Assembly: GCA_016748015.1 (NCBI GenBank)
Contig: JAAOMT010000664.1
Coordinates: 70,715 to 134,714, forward strand
Source of the DNA: Geosiphon pyriformis uo1
Taxonomy: Eukaryota; Fungi; Glomeromycota
Length of the DNA: 64,000 bases
Reading direction: 5' to 3'
In this document: positions 12,250 through 25,779 of the stretch, piece after piece
Position numbering within the stretch: the stretch's first letter is position 1
Layout: each line of letters starts with the position of its first letter
Notes under the pieces: generated by a model
What the model saw: the letters and a program-made list of their open reading frames with translations, nothing else
Told to the model about the DNA's origin: nothing
Databases searched by the model: none
Translations under genes and position numbers: made by a program

Positions 12250-13800
12250 TTTTTGCCAGGGTATACAAAGAAAATCCTAATAATAAATATATAAATTAAG
12301 AAAATTGAAAAACGTATACTATTGGAAATTGTAAATTTCCAACCAATTTTTTATTAGCTTGGTAATATTTAACTTTTTTAATAAAAATTGAATAAAGAAT
12401 TATGGCAATATCTTATTATATAATAATAAATATATATAAAAAATAAATTTAATATTACAATAATATTAAATTTTTTAGAAAATTCTAGAAAATGATAAAA
12501 TTATATATATATGTATAAGATTATATGAAAAGTAACAAATATAGTTCTAATAAATATTAAAAAGCAATTAATTTTTTTTAAGAATTTTTATATTAAAATA
12601 TAATTTGTTTTAATTTTAAGATTAGTAATAATTAATTAAATTTAACATATTAAACAATATAAATAAAAAATAATTAAAATTAAAATTAACAAATATGTTA
12701 TTAATACTATTATTTAAAACAAAAAAACTATTATTTATAATTAAAACTAAATTAAATATTGTAATTAATAATAATAATAAAGTTGTTTTTTAACAGTTTT
12801 AATTCTTTTTGTTTATTTATATTATAGCAGAAAAAATTTTATTATCAACATATAATTAAAATTTAAAATTTTTTTACAATAATAATAAGTATACTAAAAC
12901 TTTTAAAAAAAAAGCATTTATAATTAAAGACAAAAATAATAATTTTTTAATAATTAAAAACTGTTTTATTTTTTTGTTATTTAAAAAAAAACAATTTTTA
13001 AAATACTTTTTAGCTATTTTTATAATTAAAAAAACTTTTTAAATAATTATATTATTTAAAATAAAAGTTTTTTTTTAATTTATAATAATAAAATTAAATG
13101 AAATTTATAAAAAAAAATTTTTTTCAATTACTTAAGTAATACTGTTCTTATTTTATTAATTTAAAACTTAATTTTAAATTTTTATAAAATTTTCATTATC
13201 AAAAAAACATATTAAAAATTTGTAAATTTTAATTAATTAAAAATAGATAAATATTTTATTAATCTTTAAAAAAAATTTACTGATATTAAATATTATTTTA
13301 AAATTAATTACTTTTTTATTTTATTTATAAATAATATAAAAAATTGTAATATTTTAAAAAAAATTAAAAATTACAAACTTTATTTTTAAAATACAAAATT
13401 TTGTAAGATAAAAATTTATTAAAACGAAATAAAAATTATAATTTTTATTTTTTCAAAAATCGTGAAATTAAATATTTTCTGTAAGAATATACGCCATATA
13501 CAGGTATTTAGTTTTAAAATTTTTGTCTTTCCCAATTTAAAAATAATGTTTAACACCAAAAGATATATATATATATATTTTTTTTTTAAGTTGAAAATTT
13601 AGAATTTGAAATCAAATCAAAGATTTTATTATACAAATAAAAATCTAAAAAAAATGTTTCAAGTTTAAGAATATTCACCGTTTAAAAAAGAGAATGTGAT
13701 TAAATTTAATTTTCAATTATTTATTTTATTTTTAAAAAAAGTTCTTTCTAATTTAAAAAAAAAAAACGTTTTTGTGTGATAGAATATTTTATATTCTGGT
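12250..13800. other. extremely AT-rich low-complexity tract
   Basis: almost no G/C by eye and no ORF of 60 aa or more. Confidence 0.8.
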
Positions 13801-15047
13801 TTTGAATTTCATGTCTCAAAACATCTTTCAAAGATTTGAACCTTCTTTTTTTTAAGGTAATGCTTGGGGAGTATCATTATAATCAACAAATCTTTCCCTG
13901 AATTTCATTATGTGATTTAACATGAGGTGTTTACCATATTTAATGACATAGATTTTAAAGAGATCCAAAAAGCATAATTAAAAGATCTTCAATTCCATAC
14001 TCAGACTCGGAAACACAAAAACAAAATATCAAAACAAAACCAAATTTGATCTCTTTAAACAAATCACTTTTAAAAATTATTTCCCCGAAAATTCCTAAGG
14101 AATCCTCCATTTGGGCTCTTTGACTAGTACTAAAAGAGATTAAAAACAATCAAGCGAACGAAATAGATCACATTATGTTGTGTAAAGTTATTTGAACTTT
14201 CAACAACACAAACTTGGGATAAATTTGCAAAAAATCAAAAACATGTTTTTTATTGGTATTACACCCTTTTATTGATCAGTGTGAGACAAAGTGTCATTGA
14301 AAATCGTAAACTTAGTCTGGATGTAAGGGACTTCAGGCAGAGAATATCGGTGAAACGCGAGAAAAAAAAAATAATTTCGGGCATTCAAAAGCTGTAAAGA
14401 TTTGAACCCTTGCGTTTTTTTAAATCACCGAAATAACCCCCAAAATTTTTAAACCAAAATTTTTTTTCACCCTACCCGAACGTTTCACAATATTTCTATA
14501 CTCCGAAACACTACACAAAACTGAGTTGAATGAAAACCTGACTGACCTTTTACCCACACTAACCATCTTTACATAATCTAATATTAATCTTGTCCTTTGG
14601 AAAACGAACAGAGTTTTCTATACTAGCTAAGCGGAATTTTCCCACAAGATAACCTTCCTCCCCCAAAAATTTCAGGGCCAAGCACGACATCGATATTAGC
14701 CCAAACAATAAAACAAATAATGCCGCAATTTTAAATACCACATCCTTTTAATCACAACATCAAAATGTTATTTATCAATTTTTAACATTAAGATTATATT
14801 AAAATTCATTCATTAATTAAATGTTTCATCAAAATAGTGATTAATCAAGAGATAATAAATTTTCGTACCAAAATTTGGTTTCTTTTTTCCGTTCCCAAGT
14901 CCCTTTAAAAAGATTAGCATATTAAAACAAAAATCAGCTTTATTGCTAATAATATTTATCATTGTTATTGTTTAAAGATTTTTCAAAGGGACAACTTTGA
15001 AAAATTTTGACTTATTTTCCGATTAATAAAATCATTAATTGGAATGA

Positions 15048-15136
<89 letters not shown>
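15048..15136. repeat. (ATT)n microsatellite
   Basis: about 29 perfect units. Confidence 0.97.
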
Positions 15137-16396
15137 GTTTAATATTGTTGAATATACTTGTGACCGTGTAAATAATAGTCTGCTAAAAAGGTAAAAGTAC
15201 ATTTTTTTGATTCTCGGGATTTTCTAATTTTATTTCATATTTTGTTAAACCATCATTTAGCTATGTAACATACTAATAAATAATAATACATAATAGGATC
15301 CGAATTTACGTAGTTTGAACTTGCACCGAGTAAAAAACCATCAGGTTTAATTACTATTATGATTCCAAATTGTATTTCTTGCCGAGTTGAGAAAATTTCC
15401 CGAGATTATTAGGGTTGATCAATAATTTTCGGATTAGGACAAAATTGGGTATTATCAATTTTTGTCATTGTCTAGCCTTCCGAAACCCGTACTTCTTTGG
15501 TCCATTTTCATCATGTGCTTTTATATACATACGTGGTCATTGGATCAAGAGAAATATCAAGAACAGGTAATCCGAGCGAATCTACAATTCCCTTTTCGTC
15601 AAGTCTAAAAAGGTTTACAAACAAAAACTAAAAACGAGAAAAACATACAAAATGTCAATCTTTTATAGATCAATGCCGCAAAGTAATTTTTGCACTGCAT
15701 GTTCACTTTGCCGTTTAGGGAAGTTTAAAAGTACAAAATGGAAATAAACAAATAACCTATATAGAACGATAAAACAATGACATGATGCGTTTACAGAAAT
15801 TTTTTTTGAAACCCATTTTAAATATGAGTCAAAGTTGTGACCCATAGGAATTAACCTCCAACCCAATCACAAATAAAACAAGGCAAAGACGGTTGAACGT
15901 GTGTAAAATTTGCATGTATATATTTTTGTCTTCAGCCAAGACCTCTGTTTACAAAGAAATATCACAACTATACAAAAGAAAACCTAGATTTATGACTGAC
16001 GTTCAGAAAGTTAGTTCTTTCTCAAAATTCTCGTCAAAAAGGAGAAAGTGGATTCTTCATTAACTACTACCAAAATTGTATCTGATGAATTTTTTTTACT
16101 CTACTAAGATAATTATCTCCATGATGACGAAAGGAAGTATAAGAAAACTGGTTACAAGGAAAAAGGATGGAGCAGCAACTCGAATAAAGAAAGAGTTATT
16201 AAAACAAAGGGAGGGGGAGTTTTCAAAATTATTATTACAAGTGGATTCGTCAATTAAAAATTCACGGATCAAAGAAAACGAATATTCGCAAAAAAAAAAA
16301 TAAAGGGAAAAAAGGGGAAGGTGAAAATGTTACAGAGGTGATGAAATACATCCATGCCCGAGATATTAACTTACGTCATTAATTGTAAGTGCAGAT

Positions 16397-16458
16397 GGAT
16401 GATAATGATGATGATGATGATGATGATGATGGTGGTGGTAGTGGTTATGGTGGTGATG
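16397..16458. repeat. (GAT)n/(GGT)n microsatellite downstream of the MADS gene
   Basis: seen directly. Confidence 0.85.
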
Positions 16459-16646
16459 GAATAAAGAAAAAAAAATGCAAGAAAATCGAAAATTTTTGTG
16501 CATGAAAGAAGGGTTGCCGATCGACATGAACATCAGTCTTACCTACAATATAACCAAATAGGCCAAAAAGAAAAAGAAATAAAAAATAAAAACTTCAGTA
16601 TGTTTATCTTCTTGATCGTAGTAGTATTTAATACGCTGGGATTCCT

Positions 16647-17882
16647 TCACTTTTTTTCGGGCGATTGATTTGGGAATTGTTGAACTTTGCCATTTCCGTT
16701 TGGATTGCCATTTTGTCCACCAGCCCAATAATTTCCTGATGGCATGTAAGGGGAACTATTTGGTCCGTATTGGAGATATTGTTGACCGTGTTGTGGTGGA
16801 TATTGCGCTGGAATGTAGTTTGAAGATAATCCGGAAGTGTTCATCGGTAGATTATTAGGCATATTGTATTGACCTCCAAAACCCAAGTTGCCGAGCGTGT
16901 TTGCTGGTACATAGTTGGGGATTGGACCGCCCGATGATTGATGCTGTGCATTGACGCACCAAATGGAAGAGGATGTACAAACATAGAGAGATCAGATAAA
17001 CCGGCTTACCTAGTCACATGGGAGTGACAAGTTTTTCAATTCACATTATAACGGGAGGGAAGTTTTACGAGTTTATACCTTCCGTTCCTCATTATTATTA
17101 TTATATAAATTGTCATTGTTACCATCCACTGGTGGAGTATCATTTCCATATACTGGAGGAGTTTGAGGAGGTCTTGACTAATAAATTTGATAAAAGTTGG
17201 ATTTAAAATTTAAAAATCAATCAATCAATCAATCAATAAATAAATAAATAGTTAGTGATCAATTCTTTATTATTCTTACTGGAGCTGCTTCTGAAGTTTG
17301 AGGATCTGGCGCGTTTAAACACGCTTGGATAAGATTTTTGCCTTCTGGTTTTGTGACAAGTGGTTGAAGTTTTGGAGTGGTAAAAGTGTAAACAAGTCCT
17401 GTTTCAGATACCACTAAAAGAAGTACTTGTGTGCCTGTCAATGTACTAAGTTCGTATGCCTATTTGAGAATCAAAATTATAGAAAATAAGATTAATATTT
17501 TTTGATTAATAAAATATGAAAAAACATTAAATTATTTTCTCCTTTTGATCAAGAGGATAAAAAGTAAAAGGAATCGAATCGAATCGAATCGAATCAAATC
17601 AAAACATTCATTAGAAATTTTGAAATATTTTACCTTTTTCATTATACCGGCCTTTCGTTTACTAAAGGTAATGTGACGTCTACTTTTATCATCAATGTAT
17701 TCAATTTTAATCTTGCGACGACCAGCACGCTTCTCTGGTTTAGATTCATCATCAACATCAGATTCACCTTCGTCATCTTCGAGTTCACGTTTAGAACCTC
17801 GAGGTGTGACTTGTTCAGGTAGGTCACCAGGATGACCACTAGCACTGCTTGTCTTTCGTTGTGGTGTGGTTAAGTTACTCAT
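16647..17882 (-). CDS. MCM1: SRF-type MADS-box transcription factor (Mcm1/SRF orthologue); exons 17882-17634, 17459-17280, 17177-17079, 16943-16647
   Basis: GRRKIKIEYIDDKSRRHITFSKRKAGIMKK|AYELSTLTGTQVLLLVVSETGLVYTFTTPKLQPLVT..EGKNLIQACLN; all three introns phase 0 with GT..AG; N/P/Q/Y-rich C-terminal tail. Confidence 0.95.
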
Positions 17883-18241
17883 TTTTGAACGAATAATTTG
17901 TTATTGGAAATAACTTTGAGTTGATAACTATTGTGAAGTTAATTGAGATGATGACAAGAGGAGAGGATGGATATGCGTATATGCGTTTTCGAAAAGTGAG
18001 GAAAAAAAATTGATATGGTAAAAAGTAGAGTTAGCGGACGGTTTTTTAACTATTGTTCCAGATATGTATGCGTGTTGTTTTTTCTTTAACTAGGTTTGGT
18101 AGCGTCACCAGGAATTAACAAGAGTTTAACATTTTCCCAAACAGAGTAGCAAACAAAGTGAAGCAGTTACCAAAAACGTTCACCAAGACATAAAGTTTTT
18201 TACGAGTTTCCCAAAAAACTTTTTGTACTCGATGAGTGTGT

Positions 18242-18245
<4 letters not shown>

Positions 18246-18274
<29 letters not shown>

Positions 18275-18340
18275 GTAACAATAATTATAATTATAATAAT
18301 AATAATAGTAATATTACTATTATTGTTATTACTATTATAA
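18246..18340. repeat. (AAT)n/(ATT)n low-complexity tract upstream of MCM1
   Basis: seen directly. Confidence 0.85.
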
Positions 18341-18899
18341 TTTTGACTAAGTACCTTTTTTTTTTCTTCTCTTGTGAACTTTTTGGTGCAAAAAAAGCGT
18401 GTTGTGCAGCGAGAAAATAGCTTGTATATATCTTTTATAACTTTCACAATAACAACAAAAAGAATAAAAAGCGCGCGAGTGATAGTAGTAAATACAAAAA
18501 GAGAGAAACGAAAAGACGCAGTAACCGACCACCCACCAAAAAATTTTTTGGTAAAGTTAGTGGTAATAATAATAGTAGTAAGTAGTAGTAGTAGTAGTAG
18601 TGGTGATAAGTGGTAAGCAGCAGGTGCAAAAGTGGAAAAGCGGGCTTGAACAAAAAAGGGACGAACGGAGAAACAAATGTCTGGACGGAAAAGGAGGTCG
18701 GATTTTATAAGTTATTAGATTCCAAAGCGGGTAATGGAATGGGCGCACCATTCATCGCCGCGATTTGCACCAAAATGGGGGTTGTTATTTTTATGATTTG
18801 TTAGGGTTAGGTCAATAATCAGAAGTTACATGAACCAAATGATTTCAATAGTATTAGTGGCTATTTTCTATAGATTTCTATAGAGAGCAGTATGAACAG

Positions 18900-18958
18900 T
18901 ATGTGTGTATGTGTGTGTTTTTGTGTGTGTTGTGTGTTGTGTGTGTGTGTGTTGTATG
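18900..18958. repeat. (TG)n-like microsatellite
   Basis: seen directly. Confidence 0.85.
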
Positions 18959-19455
18959 TATTTACTCTGAAAAAGGTTGTGTAATATTGAATTTATGATA
19001 AATTAAAAAAAATTTTTTTTTTAAAGTGAAAAATTGTCAATTGTGAAAATGACTAAAAAATGATGTAGTCCAAAAAGTTCATGAGATGATTATTTATTAT
19101 TATGATGATGATGACCTTTTTAAAATATTATACATAGTTTAGTTTAAAATAAAATATTGTGAAACATCAAAAGAGTAGAAGGCAAAAAAAAACGCCCAAA
19201 ACCCGTTCTAATCAAGAAATGAAACGGATGGCTGTTGTGGTCTCCGAGTTAGGTGACCACTGTTGTTCAACAAACCAAAAATAGAAATGTATGTAAGTCA
19301 TTTCTATAAAAGTATTAGTGTAAATCATCTTTTAGCCAGTCAATCTCAAGAGTGTGACAGCGTAGTAAAGATTCCGAACAAAGAAAGACTTTTGCGTTGC
19401 TGCTGATGAGAAAACTCAAGGCACGTCACATTGGCTCAAACACAAAGAATTGCAG

Positions 19456-19491
19456 TGTTGTTGTTTTTGTTGTTGTTGTTGTTGTTGTTAC

Positions 19492-19531
<40 letters not shown>

Positions 19532-19557
19532 ATTGTTGTTACTGTTGTTGTTGTTGT
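19456..19557. repeat. (GTT)n microsatellite
   Basis: seen directly; explains the poly-V and poly-C spurious ORFs. Confidence 0.95.
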
Positions 19558-20997
19558 GGCTCCCATTTTAAACAGACTGGTTTTTCTTCATCTCGAAATT
19601 TTTTTGACTTTTCATCTAATATTAAAAATTTTTTTTTTTTCCTAATTTTCTCCTCCACTCTCTCTTTTTCCCTTTTAACTACTAATAGATTACCAAACTA
19701 GACTAAAACAACAAAAGATTAGAGATAAAAGTAACACCACATTGCAGGTAAACAACATACACAAATAAGAAAATAATAGACCGGCGGACCGGCAAAGCGG
19801 CATTAACATAAGGAAAAAGCAAACATTGAGCTGCTCCTCCGACTTGATACGATACATTTTCGAAAAGTCAATCTGCACATCTCTGCACATTGTTCCCAAC
19901 AAAAATGGAGAACGAGCGACATCGGCAATTAAGAATTTGGTTTGATTCTTGAATATCTACTTGTACGTTGAAAGTCTTTTGAATTTGAATGAAATTCCAT
20001 TCTTTTAATTATGATTTAATCTTTTGAAGTTTCATTTCATATTTTCTAATCTGGGAAAATCGTGTAAAAATCTTAAAAAATTATCTTGGGTCTCTTGGAC
20101 AAAAAGCATGTGTTACAAGAAATGTTCTTGAATTCCAAGTTTTGCTTCTTTTCTGAATCACTATTTTATTTAATTTTCTATAAAACAGTACTATAATACT
20201 CGAATCTATATGAGCCTTAATCTAACGTACTTTGAAGATTAAACGGTGACACAAAAGAGAAATGACGAATTTTGTATCACTTAGAAAAGTGAAAAAGTAA
20301 AGCCACACTGACCACAAAACTTGTCCCCATTTTCAAAGAGAGTGAAGAGAAGTCCTCCCCTCATCCATAACGTTGTGCACAGAAATGCTACACACACTGT
20401 TCAACATAATAATAAAAACTGCATGTGCGATTGATCATTCGAAACAATTCAATCATTCCCCACATTATTCCTTATGCGTCTCTATCGGTCTTTGCGGGTT
20501 TTACTTCTATTGATTTTTCCTTTCTCTGAATTTTAACTCGGGAGTCTTTGGTGTCATGTTGTCGCGAGTTTGAATCTCATATGAATCGAATCAGCTTTCA
20601 ATTAAAAAAAAATTTAATTGTGTGATTTGATAATTGGTTACCGACGATAGTTCGTGCCGTACACGCAATTATCAAGTTTTTAAAGTCAAAGTATCTGTAA
20701 AAAAAAAAAAAAATTGTCATTGAAACCTCCTTGTCGGGGATGTCGCGTCGCGCCAACTAGCAGGAGTTCCGACATTGCAGAGCAAATAACACTGTTGGTG
20801 CATAATAATTAGTATCGATAACTTATTATATCGCTATTATACATCAACACCTTCGCGGCGTCAACAACAAACACTGTCTGTGTATATGAAAGCTCGTAGC
20901 GGGGCAAAACTTTCTGATCCAATTGATTTATGAATTGAGATTGCCAATAGGGAATTGGAGAAATACACCATTTTTATCTTTGGTGTTGCAGATTTTA

Positions 20998-21007
20998 CCA
21001 AATTAGG
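20998..21007. promoter_or_regulatory. CArG box CCAAATTAGG (possible Mcm1 autoregulatory site)
   Basis: perfect CC(A/T)6GG with a TTA flank, about 3.1 kb upstream of the MCM1 ATG; could be chance in AT-rich DNA. Confidence 0.25.
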
Positions 21008-22499
21008 TTGGTTTAAAGATTCAAGTTGAATGAACTCCTAAATTTATAATCCGAGTTTTAATAGATTCCCACATGATTCCCACGGCTCCTATTCTAAACT
21101 GAATGTTCCCAAGATTTATTGGCCCCATCAATCCTAACAAAAATCTTTGCCATCGAACTTGTTTCAATTTTCCGTCTCAAAGAATTTTTGAGAAAAAGAT
21201 TATTTATTCATGTCTCCAGGACTACGTAGGTTGTCTCAGACTAATCGTCAGTCAACCATTCATCACCACTAAAGTGGGAAAATCTTTGGCGATTCTTCTT
21301 TAATAATGATCCAATGACTAGGTATTATTGGATTGGTGATTCTGGTTGTAGTATCTCAATCGACGCGGTCAACATTTTCATTGCGGACAATTCATGTGTG
21401 AATTACTAGAAATTTTATTAGTTGCATCTGCCACGATTCAGACAGCTTTTTTCTCGTTTCAAAAAAAAAATTTACTCAATTTTTCTAGTGATTCAGTTTC
21501 TTCCTCGCTTTTTCTCCCACCAACCAAATTGATTAAATGCGATTCTGGTCATCTATATCGAGACAACAATCATCCAAATCTTTGTGCCGCGTGTGAGCAC
21601 CACGAAAAACCATCATAATGTGAAATGGTGAAACGGAAAAACATAAAACTTATTAAGTGAAAAGATGACTGTCATCGAATTTTTCTATCAAATCTGGAAA
21701 AAGATGTGTCATCATTTCTGTGGTTTTATTCATTTCTTCTTTTGGGTCTTACCTACAAGCTGCACGTGCAGAACAACAAACAAAAAAGTACAAATCTTTG
21801 AGAAGCAGCCGAGCGCGAAGCCACTCCAGAAATGCTTTTAATGGGTTTTTTTCGCAGATCAATGGTTGTAAACTTTAATAAATGATAATGTCTTGGAGTA
21901 AATCAAAACCAAACAAAAGAGCCGGTTTTTTATTTACAGCTTTCCCTAGATTTCTAATTTATCGAAATTTGTGAAAGTCTGAAACCAGTCTCCCAGAAGC
22001 AGAAATAGATAAGAGCGGTGTCAACTTTTTAAGCCAAAATATTATTTCGTTAATGAGGATTAGCCTTTAAAAATTGACAATTTGGTAATAAGGTTGTTTG
22101 TTCCAGTATACTCAATTTAGCATTAATTGAATGATTTGCCGTGCAAATCTAAATTAATTTTATTTTTTATATCTTATTCAGTGATCTCATGATCCAGAAA
22201 ACCAATTTCGGCGCATAATAAATTAGGTCAAAATTTTCAAAACACATTTCTGCAAATTTATTTCATTTTAATTGTTCTAGTTAAGCATTTTCTGTTTTTG
22301 TATAATAAACTAGACAATTATATTGGTTACCAATAACTTTTGTTTCATGTGAGAGAAAAATAATTTAATTAAAACTTTAATATTTTGAAAATTCTCAAAT
22401 TTGTGATATCATAAATCTGACCTTCGATCTTTTATCATGTAAATAATATATATTCTTGTGATTCTAAAAGATTTAGATTCGATCAAGATTTATGATAAA

Positions 22500-22674
22500 A
22501 AAAAAAAATTCTTGAAGCAATTTTTAGTTTGTGGATGTATTTGAAAATTAATTTATTATAATCTTTTTTTTTTTTTTTATTTTTCATGATTAACTGAATA
22601 AAAAAGCCAAAAACAAGATTTTGTTAAAAATATCATATTAATTAAAATAATATTTATTATTATTATTATTATTA

Positions 22675-22721
<47 letters not shown>

Positions 22722-22945
22722 AATACTTGGGATTTTATTAAATTTGAATATTTTGTTTACAGATTAAGAAATCAATTAACAATTTATTTTATTTTATTTT
22801 ATTTTGTTTTATTTTTAAATAATTTTCATTTTTCCAATTAAATTATATCAAATTCTAAAATTCTAAAAATTTGATTATTTTGTAATTAATTATAATATTT
22901 TTTTTAATAAAAAATAGCAATTTAATAAATTATAATTAGTAATAT

Positions 22946-22990
<45 letters not shown>

Positions 22991-25779
22991 TAAAATCAAA
23001 AAAATTTAAGTAATTTGTTTATTAATTAGTTAATTTCAAAAATTATTTTCATCTTAATATTAAAATTAATTGCTTAAAAATAAAAATTTTATCTAAATTT
23101 TAAAGAAAAACTTATAAATTATTAATTATAATTATTAATAATCAAATTCAAACCTGCTTTTAAAATATCAAATATTAAAGACAAAATATAAATATTATTA
23201 TTTTAAATCAATAATTTTTAATCATAATTATTAACAAAATACTAATTTATATTTTTTTATTTTTATTTATTTATTTATTTATTTTTTGTTTTATATTTTT
23301 GTTATTAAATATTAAAATTATAATATTAAAAAATTGTCTGATAAAAAATACAAAAATAAATATAATATTAAATTTATAAAAAGTTAAATAACTTATTAAA
23401 AAAGTAAAAAACATCTAAATAAATTTGTTAAAACATAAAAAAAGTTATATACCAAGTATTAAAAGCCATTAAAGTATTAAATTTTGTTTTTTATACAAAA
23501 AACTCAACTAAAAATTTTTAAATTTACCAAAAATTTTAAAAAATTTTAAGATATAATAGTATTAAATTACAAAAAATTACCAATAAATTTATTTGTAATA
23601 CTTAATATTTTTTGTAAAATATAATTTACAGAAAACATAATATTATTAATAATAATTAATAAAGTGATAAAATAAAATATATAAAAACAAATTACTTTTT
23701 ATTTATAAAGTTTTATCTAAATATTTTAAAAAAAATTTAAAATTATTATAAAATTATATTTAAATTAAATTAGTTTTTAATTTTTGTATTTATAAATTTA
23801 TTTTATTTTATTTAATAAACAAAATCCAATTATTATCTAATACAATACAATTGTTTAAAGTTCTAAATTAAAAATAATTTATGTACTTGTTATATATAAC
23901 CAGTTACTTCATTAGTTAAGACATTATTATAAGATTATATTAACAAAAACAACATTGATTGTATTAATAAAAAACAAATAACTAAATTTTAATTTAAAAT
24001 AAATAACTTGATTTTTAATTATCTTTAGTAAACAGATAACTTTATAAGACATTATAGCGAAAAAATTTATCATATAAAAACTATTTGTATTTTTACTACT
24101 TAATAAGCTTTTATATTCTAATTTTACTTATAATTTTAAATTTAATAATTAAATACAGTTTTTATAACTAATAATATAGTTATATATAAAATAATTAAAA
24201 CAAATATAATATTTTTAATGTTATCAAAAACTATATTGATATTTACTATTTAATTATTAAAAATAAAAATTTTATATAAAAATAAATACAAATTAGTATC
24301 TGTATAACAAAAAACCAAAAACTGAAATATTACAAATAATACCAATTTTTTATTAATAAACAAATTATTTATTTAACAATTCTCAATAAATAATAGTGTT
24401 TAAATAATAAATAAAGATATAATTCAAAATTCTATTTTTTATAGCATATTATTTATAAATATTTTTAAAATATTTTAAAAACAAAAAAAATTTTAAATTA
24501 ATAAACAAAATTTTTATTAAGAATTTAAACAATATTTAAATAATATTAATTTTATAATTTTATAATTATCATAATAAAAATACACTAATAAATCAAAAAA
24601 TACATTTTAAAAAAAATTTATTAATTTTTAAAAATATAAAAAACAATATTTAATTACTATTATTCTAAAAAAAACAATAAATACTTTTATTTAAAAATTA
24701 GTTTTATTATTATATATTAAAAAGATAATTTAATTTTAATAAATAAATTAAATTAGTAAAAATTTAATATATAAGAGATTAGTCTTATAAATATTTTAGT
24801 TACTATTCTTTTTAAAAGTAATAAAAAAATCTGAAAGTAAATGAATATTTTATATTATTAATAAAAGATAACAATTAATATAATTTTATGTTTTATATTA
24901 ATATTCTTATATTAGATATTAATTGTATTTTTAGTAAATATTTATTTAATATACTTTACAAAAACTAATAATTATACAAATTAAAAAAAAAAAGAAAAAA
25001 AATAGCAAAAAATAACAAAAAATTGATATTATTTTATTAATTTAAATATAGATTTAAGTATAAATAATTTTTTTATAGTTTTAAAAATTATTAAATAAAA
25101 AAAAACAACATATAAATTTGGTTAAATAATATAAAAATACAATATAAATAATTTTATATTTTTTTTTAAATACTATAAATTTATAATATTAAAGTTTAAT
25201 AATTAAACCAATTAATTAATAACTTTAAACTCATATTTTTACAAAATTTAATAATTTAAACAGTATTATTTGCTTATAAAATTAATTTAATATTATTAAA
25301 CAAAATATTTATTACTTATTTAAAATGCTTTAATTAAAGTCTTAAACAAATACAAACAATTGAATTTAATTATTATATTATACTTTAATAATTTTTAAAA
25401 AAGGTATTATATTGGCCAAAAATTTTAATTAACTAAACAAAATATAAATTACATATAAGTTATTAATTTAATAATTAACAAAATATCTAATTTAAATACT
25501 AAATTAAAATAATTTAACAAATTTATTATGCAAAAATTAAAAAATATTTAACTAATAATTAAACTATTAATTATTTTAATAAAATAAAAATAATTAAAAC
25601 AATTTTTTTTTTAATTTAAATATATTAACAAAATTAATCTTAACAATAACAATAAAACAATTATATTTGCAATTTATTATTACAAATAAAATTATATTAA
25701 ATTAAATTATAAATTATAATTAAAAAACTAAAAACAAAAAATTAACAACAAAATTTAATTAATAAATATTAAACTTTGA
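22500..25779. other. about 3.3-kb extremely AT-rich desert with (TTA)n 22654-22720 and (AAT)n 22948-22988
   Basis: no ORFs, G/C nearly absent by eye. Confidence 0.85.

Noticed and set aside
19397-19701. poly-Val and poly-Cys ORFs (also poly-Ile/Asn ORFs at 18115-18447)
   Set aside because: translations of (GTT)n and (AAT)n microsatellites
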